Positions 1 to 7,460 of a stretch of DNA of 64,000 bases are shown piece by piece. How positions within the stretch are numbered: the stretch's first letter is position 1; each line of letters opens with the position of its first letter. Under the pieces are notes generated by a model, which saw only the letters and a program-made list of their open reading frames with translations, did not search any database and had not been told where the DNA came from. A program made the translations under genes and the position numbers. The stretch is from Candidatus Woesearchaeota archaeon (GTDB lineage Archaea; Nanobdellota; Nanobdellia; Woesearchaeales; ARS49), in assembly GCA_018302815.1 (NCBI GenBank), contig JAGVZE010000010.1, positions 3,523 to 67,522 on the forward strand. The letters run 5' to 3'.

Positions 1-5
1 TAGTA

Positions 6-302
6 TTATAGCGGAACGACACGATAAGATATTCCATCTTTTGAACCAAAAAACAAATCACACTCGTAGCAAATCATCAATACATTCTCACTCAGATTCT
101 TTGGCTCGGCAGATACTTTATGATATCCCTGGTTGGCGCACTTTCGTCTCTCTTCTAATATTGCATCAGCCATCGCCCGAACAGGGCTACCTTTCTGTGG
201 AACTTCATCCAACTCCCGTTCTAAATCTCCATGAAACAGAGAAAAAAAGGCGTCGTTTTTAAGTTTATCTTTATCTGCAAGCGCCCGCGCTCTCAGACAC
301 AA
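6..302 (-). CDS. Hypothetical protein, possible Zn-binding (CxxC)
   Basis: ORF co-oriented with and overlapping the end of 271..648; contains CYEC and C..QGYH; start codon uncertain. Confidence 0.45.
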   Translation of the reverse strand: MCLRARALADKDKLKNDAFFSLFHGDLERELDEVPQKGSPVRAMADAILEERRKCANQGYHKVSAEPKNLSENVLMICYECDLFFGSKDGISYRVVPL

Positions 303-648
303 TCGTTCCGCCGCAGTTGTCGGTGCAAACTTTTTGAGCTGTCGGCTTGTCGTTTGCTGTCAAACCTTCATCAATACAGCTGCAAGTATAGCAGAATTGT
401 ATTTCGGTCTCAAGAGCTCTTCCTGCAGGGAAAGCTCTTGTTCCTGTGACTGCGATGCCCCGTACAGCTCCGCCGTATTCTTTTGCGGCAGGAAGCGCGA
501 AATTTCCAGTAGGACCAGGAACTGCGACAACCTCAACTTCGCCCTGCTTCTTCTCTGAAACAGGCTTTAATGCTAGAAACAATCCGATAAGCGCGACGAT
601 TACTACAGCAAGCAATACTGATGATTCCACTGAGCCTCTTTTTGACAT
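271..648 (-). CDS. Small secreted/pilin-like protein with class III (prepilin-type) signal peptide
   Basis: MSKRG|SVESSVLLAVVIVALIGLFLAL: basic-Gly cleavage motif followed by a hydrophobic helix; Cys-rich C-terminus. Confidence 0.65.
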   Translation of the reverse strand: MSKRGSVESSVLLAVVIVALIGLFLALKPVSEKKQGEVEVVAVPGPTGNFALPAAKEYGGAVRGIAVTGTRAFPAGRALETEIQFCYTCSCIDEGLTANDKPTAQKVCTDNCGGTIVSESAGACR

Positions 649-680
649 AATTTCACTTATGGCAGGTTTCTTTAAAAAGG

Positions 681-2075
681 TTACGCTGCTTTCTTGACTC
701 TCGCAGATTGGCTTTTCTTATCGCTGTTCGGCGCCTTGTACTCGCCCTCAATGAAGTTTATCAGCTGAGGTTTGCCGTTAGGGTTCAATAAAGCGTGTGC
801 CTGAAGCCAATTGCTCGGACTTCCACGATTATACTCCAAATCAAGATAAGTGCTAGTTCCTACAACCCAAAGGTCACGGAAAATCTCAGGACTGTGGAAG
901 TGGCCCACTATGCCGCGCCCAATCGCAGACTCCAATCCCCTTGAAGATGCTTTTGAACCATTTGGCCCTTTATGGCCGTGGCACGCGAGTTGCCAGCCAG
1001 CAACCTTGTAATCCTTGTGGATAGGCAAGAATTTCACCTGTGAAGGAAGCTCTCCGAAAGCTTTTCTGACGCCGACCTCCAATGGATCGTGCTTGTCATC
1101 AATTGCGGCTCTTACAAGCTCACAAGCAAGATAGAGATTGCGAGGATCATCACCAAACCTGCGCTCCTGCAGATAACGCAGAACCGCTTCGTCATGATTT
1201 GATTTGACCACTATATGCTTTGCCTCAGGGGCCCTTGCGACCTGATCGGCAATGAAGTTTCCAACTCCGTGCAATTCGGCTTCCAATGAATCTTTGCCGT
1301 CCCTTGCCTTTCGCGCCTGAAGAAGAACATCCTTTAGATGATGATGGTTGATACTGTACGCGTCACATATGTCGTGGTAAAATATGTGCCTAGGATTGAC
1401 CTCATCCATCAATCGATGAGTCGCCTCAAGAACGCCAGGGTCTGTGAAGCCTACATGCACATCACCCATAACTAGCGCGAGCACCTGCTCTTTCACCGGC
1501 TCGTTTTCGCCATCATATTTCACGCCAAGATCATAAAAAACGCCATTGGTTCCTGCATACAGCTGGCGGTAGTGGAACTTCACATCAGACTGCACATTGA
1601 CCACAATAGCAGCATACCGATGGTCGAGCCTAGCTTTCATACCCCAACTGTTGTCCTTATAATTCGGCTCAGTCACGGCGCCTGTGCTCATAAGAATCTT
1701 CGGCAAGTCTTGATTGCTATTCGCATAGCACTTAAGCATCAACTTAGGGCTCGCCATTATTGCTGACTTGTCATACTGAACGAAGCGCCCCCAGCTAGTA
1801 ATTGGAATCATCTGCTGGGCTTTAACAGGGAAATCACGAATGTACAACTTATTGTTTATCTTGTAATCGCCAAGCACGATGTTACAGTCTTTCTCGAACG
1901 CAGGGTCAAGCTCTTCCTTGTCCTTTTCGCGAGTGGATGTCGGATTCGCGCCGTTCGTTGGAAGGATGAGTAATTCAGCGTTGTTGTGCGCACAGTACGT
2001 CTGCAAAGAACGCAGAAACGCGGCGTTCGGCTTTGCCCCTCGCTGGGCAGTCGTTATAACATATGTTTTTGTCAT
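681..2075 (-). CDS. Calcineurin-like metallophosphoesterase resembling phage T5 A1 protein (putative nuclease)
   Basis: N-terminal YVITTAQ; MPE motifs GDVH, D...NHH, SNHD, HGHKGPNG, GHFHS; C-terminal GTST..LEYN.G.PSNW; GAGGTG RBS. Family recognised from memory. Confidence 0.7.
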   Translation of the reverse strand: MTKTYVITTAQRGAKPNAAFLRSLQTYCAHNNAELLILPTNGANPTSTREKDKEELDPAFEKDCNIVLGDYKINNKLYIRDFPVKAQQMIPITSWGRFVQYDKSAIMASPKLMLKCYANSNQDLPKILMSTGAVTEPNYKDNSWGMKARLDHRYAAIVVNVQSDVKFHYRQLYAGTNGVFYDLGVKYDGENEPVKEQVLALVMGDVHVGFTDPGVLEATHRLMDEVNPRHIFYHDICDAYSINHHHLKDVLLQARKARDGKDSLEAELHGVGNFIADQVARAPEAKHIVVKSNHDEAVLRYLQERRFGDDPRNLYLACELVRAAIDDKHDPLEVGVRKAFGELPSQVKFLPIHKDYKVAGWQLACHGHKGPNGSKASSRGLESAIGRGIVGHFHSPEIFRDLWVVGTSTYLDLEYNRGSPSNWLQAHALLNPNGKPQLINFIEGEYKAPNSDKKSQSARVKKAA

Positions 2076-2364
2076 GGCACCTCGTATTTGGCTTTTGTGT
2101 TGTGGTCAGCAAGAAATGAGGCAAGGATGAATTTTGTGCACAGAGCACAATGTCTTCGAAGAGCGCCCTGTGGCGCGTGCACGTTCCGATTAAATAATGA
2201 AGATGCTATGGTAGAAAGATTTAGGTAACAACCCATCATGAATTGTGTTTTGTTCCCAGCTTATCACTGAAAATAATCAAGCGAGTCAACCTCTTAAACT
2301 TTTGTGTTCACTGCTCAGTGTTTTTTACGCAATTAATTTAAAGAGCCTCATAGAAATAAAGAGC

Positions 2365-3042
2365 ATGAGACTTGGCGTGTTATATTCCGGAGGAAAAGAC
2401 TCGACGCTCGCGTTGATGAAAGCAAAAGAGCACCACGACGTCGTATGTCTAATAAGCATAATTTCTGAAAATAAAGAGAGCTACATGTTCCACACGCCAA
2501 ATATCGACGTGACAGAGCTGCAGGCGCAGGCTATGGGGCTTGCGCTTGTGCGCGTTACGACAAAAGGAGAGAAAGAAGCAGAACTCAAAGATTTGAAAAA
2601 AGCAATAAAAGACGCCATTAAACGGCATAAAATTGAGGGAATAGTCACAGGCGCTGTGCGTTCCACATACCAAGCGAGCAGAATACAAAAAATATGCCAA
2701 GAGCTCAAGCTCTGGGTCTTCAACCCGCTCTGGCTTAAAGACCAAGTCGAGCTGTTAACCGAAATTAGAGCATCCGGAATCAAAGCGATAATAGGCGGCG
2801 TATTCGCAGAAGCGCTGGACGAAAGCTTCCTTGGAAAAGACATAAGCACAGTCATACCGCAACTGGTTAAAATCGCAGGCGAACATCACATCAACCCAGC
2901 AGGAGAAGGCGGAGAAATAGAGACAACAACACTTGACGCTCCAGTTTTCAAGAAAAAAATAGTCATCGAGGAGTTTGAGAAGCGCTTCGAGAAAAATAGC
3001 GGCACGTTCATCATCAAAAAAGCGAGGCTTGCCGAGAAATGA
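2365..3042 (+). CDS. dph6: Diphthine--ammonia ligase (Dph6 / PP-loop ATP pyrophosphatase)
   Basis: SGGKDS PP-loop, SYMFH, GAVRSTYQ..RI, PLW, GEGGEIET; start placed at ATG 2365. Confidence 0.9.
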   Translation: MRLGVLYSGGKDSTLALMKAKEHHDVVCLISIISENKESYMFHTPNIDVTELQAQAMGLALVRVTTKGEKEAELKDLKKAIKDAIKRHKIEGIVTGAVRSTYQASRIQKICQELKLWVFNPLWLKDQVELLTEIRASGIKAIIGGVFAEALDESFLGKDISTVIPQLVKIAGEHHINPAGEGGEIETTTLDAPVFKKKIVIEEFEKRFEKNSGTFIIKKARLAEK

Positions 3043-3554
3043 TACTCGTAATCAGCACTTGCAAAGACGATCTGAGCATATTCGAATTCGTTGGGCCACT
3101 TCAAAAGCTTGCGAATGGCTGTTCATTCAAACACTATAATGAGTTAACCTCAAGAGACCTGAACTCTGCAGACAAAATAATCATCAGCGGAACCGCGCTC
3201 GCAGATTTCGACTATCTTGAAGGCGATTGGGAATGGCTCAAAACATTCGACAAGCCAGTTCTTGGCATATGCGCAGGAATGCAAGTAATCGCAAAAACAT
3301 TCGGATTGAAGCTCGCCAAGAACGTGATAATCGGACCGCAGCCTGTTGAAACAGTAAAGGACAACCCGCTTTGCGAGGGAATGTTCAATGCATATTTCCT
3401 TCACACATACACTGCAGGAAAGCCATTTGAAATTCTGGCAAAAACCAACGGCAAATCGTGCATGATAAAACACCCAGAAAAACAGATTTATGGAGTTAGC
3501 TTCCATCCGGAAGTCATGAATGAGAACATTATCAAAAACTTTGTTAAACTATAG
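3039..3554 (+). CDS. Stand-alone class I glutamine amidotransferase (GuaA/TrpG-like)
   Basis: PVLGICAGMQ (catalytic Cys) and YGVSFHPE (His-Glu); ATGA overlap with the dph6 stop. Confidence 0.85.
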   Translation: MILVISTCKDDLSIFEFVGPLQKLANGCSFKHYNELTSRDLNSADKIIISGTALADFDYLEGDWEWLKTFDKPVLGICAGMQVIAKTFGLKLAKNVIIGPQPVETVKDNPLCEGMFNAYFLHTYTAGKPFEILAKTNGKSCMIKHPEKQIYGVSFHPEVMNENIIKNFVKL

Positions 3555-3605
3555 CTTAATTAATTTGTCACAACATATTTATTCTTCATACAAATTGATA
3601 AGTAT

Positions 3606-3845
3606 ATGAATGATGATGCGGTGAAGTCGTATTTAATACGATATTCAACTGAGATCTATCCGACAGTCAGCGAAGGATGCGCGCCTTATTCCCTCCTGGA
3701 AATTCTTTCCCAATACGGATTTGAACTCTATGAACACTGCGCCAAATCAAAAATGATCGCAGGAGAATTGCCAACGGTTCATGAAAAAGTTGTAGGAAAG
3801 CTTGCCGGAATTGAATTAGTTGTGCGAAACGGCCCGTCTGAATAA
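3606..3845 (+). CDS. Hypothetical protein
   Basis: 79 aa ATG ORF with AT-rich upstream region filling the gap; no motif recognised. Confidence 0.5.
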   Translation: MNDDAVKSYLIRYSTEIYPTVSEGCAPYSLLEILSQYGFELYEHCAKSKMIAGELPTVHEKVVGKLAGIELVVRNGPSE

Positions 3846-3856
3846 ATCTTGAACTA

Positions 3857-4252
3857 TCAGCAGTATTCTTCCTTTCCGGATTTCAATCTCACCCTTGTTT
3901 GTTCAATTGTCAAGATGACAAGACCTGACAAACCCTCAAGCTTTCTTACCGAAAGGCTTGGCGGCTCAAAATAGAAAACTGGAGAACCCTGCACGAGAGA
4001 TTCAAGCGCCTCTTTAGCTATGCCTGCACCGATAGAGCCATCGTCAAACGGCAAAATAACCATCGCCGAAGTTTCTCTTACCATTTTGGCAAAATACGCC
4101 ATTCCTTCTTTTTTGTACGCCGCCTCATGAAGAGGAGCGTTAGGATTCACAATCTCCAGAGAAGGGAAAGTTTTGGCTATCAGCTCAAGAGCTTTAAGCT
4201 CTATCGGCCTATTGTACGTGTTAACAGGATGCGCGAAGTAAATCTTGTCCAT
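3857..4252 (-). CDS. Nucleoside 2-deoxyribosyltransferase / nucleotide N-glycosidase (NDT/RCL) family protein
   Basis: KIYFAHP start, NP, and G.GIAKEA (catalytic Glu) pattern; 131 aa. Confidence 0.65.
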   Translation of the reverse strand: MDKIYFAHPVNTYNRPIELKALELIAKTFPSLEIVNPNAPLHEAAYKKEGMAYFAKMVRETSAMVILPFDDGSIGAGIAKEALESLVQGSPVFYFEPPSLSVRKLEGLSGLVILTIEQTRVRLKSGKEEYC

Positions 4253-4314
4253 TAAGAATCGACTGACTGGCTAATATATTAAGATTTTGAAGAAACAGAA
4301 TAACATAGAGCCAA

Positions 4315-5286
4315 TCAATACGCAGTCGTGATTGTCAAATGATGCGGTTCTTTAGTTTTCCTTGCCTGCGACCACAATCTGTAATCTATATGCAGCGCGT
4401 TAACGCTTTTTTCACCGCGCAATTCATTCACTTTATCAGTGAGCCTTTTTGCAGAGTGTATAGTTGACGCGCGCAGCTCAAGCTCTTCTTGACTGTCCTT
4501 TGAAATCAGCGTTTGTTCATCCACACGCTTTGCAAGAGAAGCAGAGTAAACTAAAATGCCAAGACTCCTTAGCGCCTTCGGAAGCACATAATCCGCGAAA
4601 ACAGTGAGCTCATCTATGTCCTCAACATCGAATAAGCCAGTCTTGTTTAAGCGCGCATAAAGCTTGGCTGCAGATAACTGCGCCTTTTTATCAAAACGAA
4701 CTAAAGTTCCGTTGTACTGTGCAGAATCTTCATACGCAGGAAATTCCTGCACCAACCTGTCTATCATTCCCTTTCCACCATCAAACAGCCTATTTGGGCA
4801 GCTCTTGATGAAATTGTGGAACCACCCATCATATCGCTCGCACAAAATCGCGCCGACTTCATTAAAAATCCGCACACGCTCGTCAAGAAGCGGAATATTG
4901 CTCTTTGGCGCGAAAAACTTCTGCGCATCATCCCTTGTGAAATTTTTCAGATAATTCCCGTCAAGAATCGGCAGCCCTGCTTCGATCGCCCTTTTCAAGG
5001 AAGCCCACATTCCAAAAGCTCCAACCCACTCTTTTCCTTTGAAATCTGTAGCGTATTTCTCTTTAGTGTAAAAATCAGTATACGCAAAATTTATCGAATT
5101 TCCAAGCAAAAAGAAATCAATTGTCGACTCATCGTTATTTTCAGGAAAAACAGGCGCATCCCAAGACGGAACTTCAAGAACCTCATCGCAGAACATTTTG
5201 GCTGCAGATTTTATTGCATCTTCATCAATTCGCACATACTGCGAATTCTCAATAATGCGAGAAGTCGTGAGCAATACTGGATTCAT
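4315..5286 (-). CDS. Queuosine-nucleotide N-glycosylase / queuosine salvage protein (DUF2419, Qng1-like)
   Basis: NSINF, ER..I..EVG, F.KKAQL, LTVFADY.LP..LR.LGIL.Y, E.ELRA, DY.LW and terminal HHLT.TTAY. Confidence 0.88.
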   Translation of the reverse strand: MNPVLLTTSRIIENSQYVRIDEDAIKSAAKMFCDEVLEVPSWDAPVFPENNDESTIDFFLLGNSINFAYTDFYTKEKYATDFKGKEWVGAFGMWASLKRAIEAGLPILDGNYLKNFTRDDAQKFFAPKSNIPLLDERVRIFNEVGAILCERYDGWFHNFIKSCPNRLFDGGKGMIDRLVQEFPAYEDSAQYNGTLVRFDKKAQLSAAKLYARLNKTGLFDVEDIDELTVFADYVLPKALRSLGILVYSASLAKRVDEQTLISKDSQEELELRASTIHSAKRLTDKVNELRGEKSVNALHIDYRLWSQARKTKEPHHLTITTAY

Positions 5287-5329
5287 TGACAGGGCTAATT
5301 CACCCCAACTATAAAAAGTTTATACTTAT

Positions 5330-5635
5330 TTACCGCATATCACAATCCCTTTCGTAAAATTCTTCAAGCGTCCCGTACTGAGGAACTAGCAGTCTTATCT
5401 TTTGGAATAATACCCCATCAAGAGGCTTGCACACTTTGCACGGGCGATATCCTTGCGACACTGCATCCTCAAGGCAGAGAAAGAAAACCCTGTTCTCTTT
5501 TTTCATCCTAACGCCTGACCTGCAGTCAAGAGTGCCAAAGATTTTGCCTGTTTTCCAGCCGGCATAAAGACCTGGAATATCGCTTTCGACCAGAATTCCT
5601 TGATTTAGCACACGATAGGCACCCATACCAGTCAT
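5330..5635 (-). CDS. Stand-alone Ada-type Zn-binding domain protein
   Basis: KIFG..DC.SG, ENRVFF...EDA...GYRPCKVCKP. Confidence 0.8.
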   Translation of the reverse strand: MTGMGAYRVLNQGILVESDIPGLYAGWKTGKIFGTLDCRSGVRMKKENRVFFLCLEDAVSQGYRPCKVCKPLDGVLFQKIRLLVPQYGTLEEFYERDCDMR

Positions 5636-5678
5636 AAAACAGCAAAGCATATAAATGTGTTCTCATCAATCAGTAGTT

Positions 5679-6089
5679 ATGAAATGGATAATCGCACTCC
5701 TAGTACTATTGGTTGCATGTTCAACCGTAGAGCAGACCGTTATGTCAAAACCAGCAGTACAGCCTGAACAGACAATCGTTCAGCAAGCGCCGGCAGAACA
5801 GCAAATTCTTGAAGCAGAAGTAAAAGCGCCTGTTGAGACCGCCCCCGCCCAACTTGAGCCAACAGAACAAGTCCAATTAACTTGCGATGACCTTTGCCAG
5901 CAAGACTGCGAAAGAGACGCGCAAAACGCCTGCAAACAACAAGAACGCTCAGATTGCAAATCTCAGTGCGGAGACATCATAGACCCGTCAGCTTGCAGCC
6001 AAGCCTGCTCGTTCCTACACCAAAGCGCCACCTGCAAAACCCAATTCGAACAATTCTGCAAGGCAAAATGTGTTGAACGGTGCAATTAA
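5679..6089 (+). CDS. Cys-rich lipoprotein
   Basis: MKWIIALLVLLVAC lipobox; Q/E/P-rich linker; repeated CxxxC C-terminal domain. Confidence 0.7.
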   Translation: MKWIIALLVLLVACSTVEQTVMSKPAVQPEQTIVQQAPAEQQILEAEVKAPVETAPAQLEPTEQVQLTCDDLCQQDCERDAQNACKQQERSDCKSQCGDIIDPSACSQACSFLHQSATCKTQFEQFCKAKCVERCN

Positions 6090-6092
6090 GCA

Positions 6093-6806
6093 ATGGATGT
6101 CGAGCTACGCGATTTAGAGCGTAAAGTCCGCGAAGGAAACACCGACGCACTCGCACCATACGCACAAGCATGCGTTCGAGCGCAAAAGAACATGTACGAG
6201 TTTCTTCCGTTATTTGTTGAGAACAGACGGAATGCCGGCTTAAGGAGAGTGCTTAATGACGCAGGGTTGCTTGGGATGCAGCAGTATGGCGATATGGCTT
6301 TGCTTGAGCTAGATGATCGAGTCACACCCTCTGGAAACGTCATAGCGTTCAATCAGTTGATGAATAACTACCCTGACGCAACTGAGTTTTTTACATCGAG
6401 CGAATCTGTTCGCGTAACGAAAACTCCCAACAATCATCTCAAATATACCTTCATGAAGCCCAACGGTGCTTGCAAACAGGAAATTGATCTGTCGGAAGGC
6501 ACCATACGTGATTCTCCGAATCCGAAGTTAATAGAATTCATCTTCGGCAATCTGACCAACACATATCTCAGCAGAGGACGAATCATCCAAAATCGCAACT
6601 ATCGATTTGTTCCCAACTTCGGAGGATCCGCATTCGAATCGGTTCTTCTTCAGCTTAACTTATCATTCATACTACAATTCAATCCTCCGAATTATACATT
6701 GAATATTACGGCCAGGAACACTCAGAACTCAGCTCCAAGAGTTTCCGGAGTCACCCGCCAAGCCGCAGACCTTTTGAGCCCGCCATCCGAGGCAACAAAT
6801 GGATGA
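6093..6806 (+). CDS. Hypothetical protein, tandem paralog A
   Basis: First ~90 aa highly similar to 6799..7458; shared C-terminal GV.R.A..LLSPPS. Confidence 0.75.
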   Translation: MDVELRDLERKVREGNTDALAPYAQACVRAQKNMYEFLPLFVENRRNAGLRRVLNDAGLLGMQQYGDMALLELDDRVTPSGNVIAFNQLMNNYPDATEFFTSSESVRVTKTPNNHLKYTFMKPNGACKQEIDLSEGTIRDSPNPKLIEFIFGNLTNTYLSRGRIIQNRNYRFVPNFGGSAFESVLLQLNLSFILQFNPPNYTLNITARNTQNSAPRVSGVTRQAADLLSPPSEATNG

Positions 6807-6887
6807 CGATATCCGCACATTAGAGCGAAGAGTACGTCAAGGAGAAACTGACGCACTCGCACCATACGCACAAGCATGCGTTCGAGC
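6144..6887 (+). repeat. 38-bp perfect direct repeat (6144-6181 and 6850-6887) within the tandem paralogs
   Basis: GACGCACTCGCACCATACGCACAAGCATGCGTTCGAGC occurs twice. Confidence 0.9.
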
Positions 6888-7458
6888 CCAAAGAAATGTG
6901 TATGAGTTTCTGCCATTGTTTGTAGAAAATAGAAGGAATGCCGAATTGAGAAAAGTGCTCAACGACACAGGATTGCTCAGGATGAGGCACTATGGAAGCT
7001 ACGACTTGCTCCAAGCAGACGATTATGTCCTGCCGACAGGGAATGTGCTTGCGTTCAATGACTTGATGGATGAGACTCCGCGATTCGAGGATGAGTTCAT
7101 TCTTGCAGAACAGAACAACATAACTACCACAATATTGACAATTAAAAAAGGCAACATGCCTCAAGTCAGCATAGATCTAAGTACAAACGGCCGTCGGTTT
7201 CTTCCAGAAGACAAAAACACCGTTTTTTCAGTCCTGTTTGGCAACCTTTCATCAGCATTTACAGAAATGGAGCCAAACAAACCCAGTTATTGGTCCGGTG
7301 ACCAACATATTGTGATAAGGTACCATAATGGAACAATAAGTGAATTACAATCTATTAGTTACCAAGATCTTTCACGAACACACAGCCGCATTCAGCACAG
7401 TTGCATCTGGGGCGTTCCACGTCACGCAGTCAAACTGCTCAGCCCACCATCTCAATGA
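6799..7458 (+). CDS. Hypothetical protein, tandem paralog B
   Basis: Paralog of 6093..6806; start overlaps its end by 8 nt. Confidence 0.75.
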   Translation: MDDDIRTLERRVRQGETDALAPYAQACVRAQRNVYEFLPLFVENRRNAELRKVLNDTGLLRMRHYGSYDLLQADDYVLPTGNVLAFNDLMDETPRFEDEFILAEQNNITTTILTIKKGNMPQVSIDLSTNGRRFLPEDKNTVFSVLFGNLSSAFTEMEPNKPSYWSGDQHIVIRYHNGTISELQSISYQDLSRTHSRIQHSCIWGVPRHAVKLLSPPSQ

Positions 7459-7460
7459 AT

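Noticed and set aside
6093-7458. Complete diversity-generating retroelement
   Set aside because: No reverse transcriptase, Avd or template repeat with adenine-specific mismatches in the window
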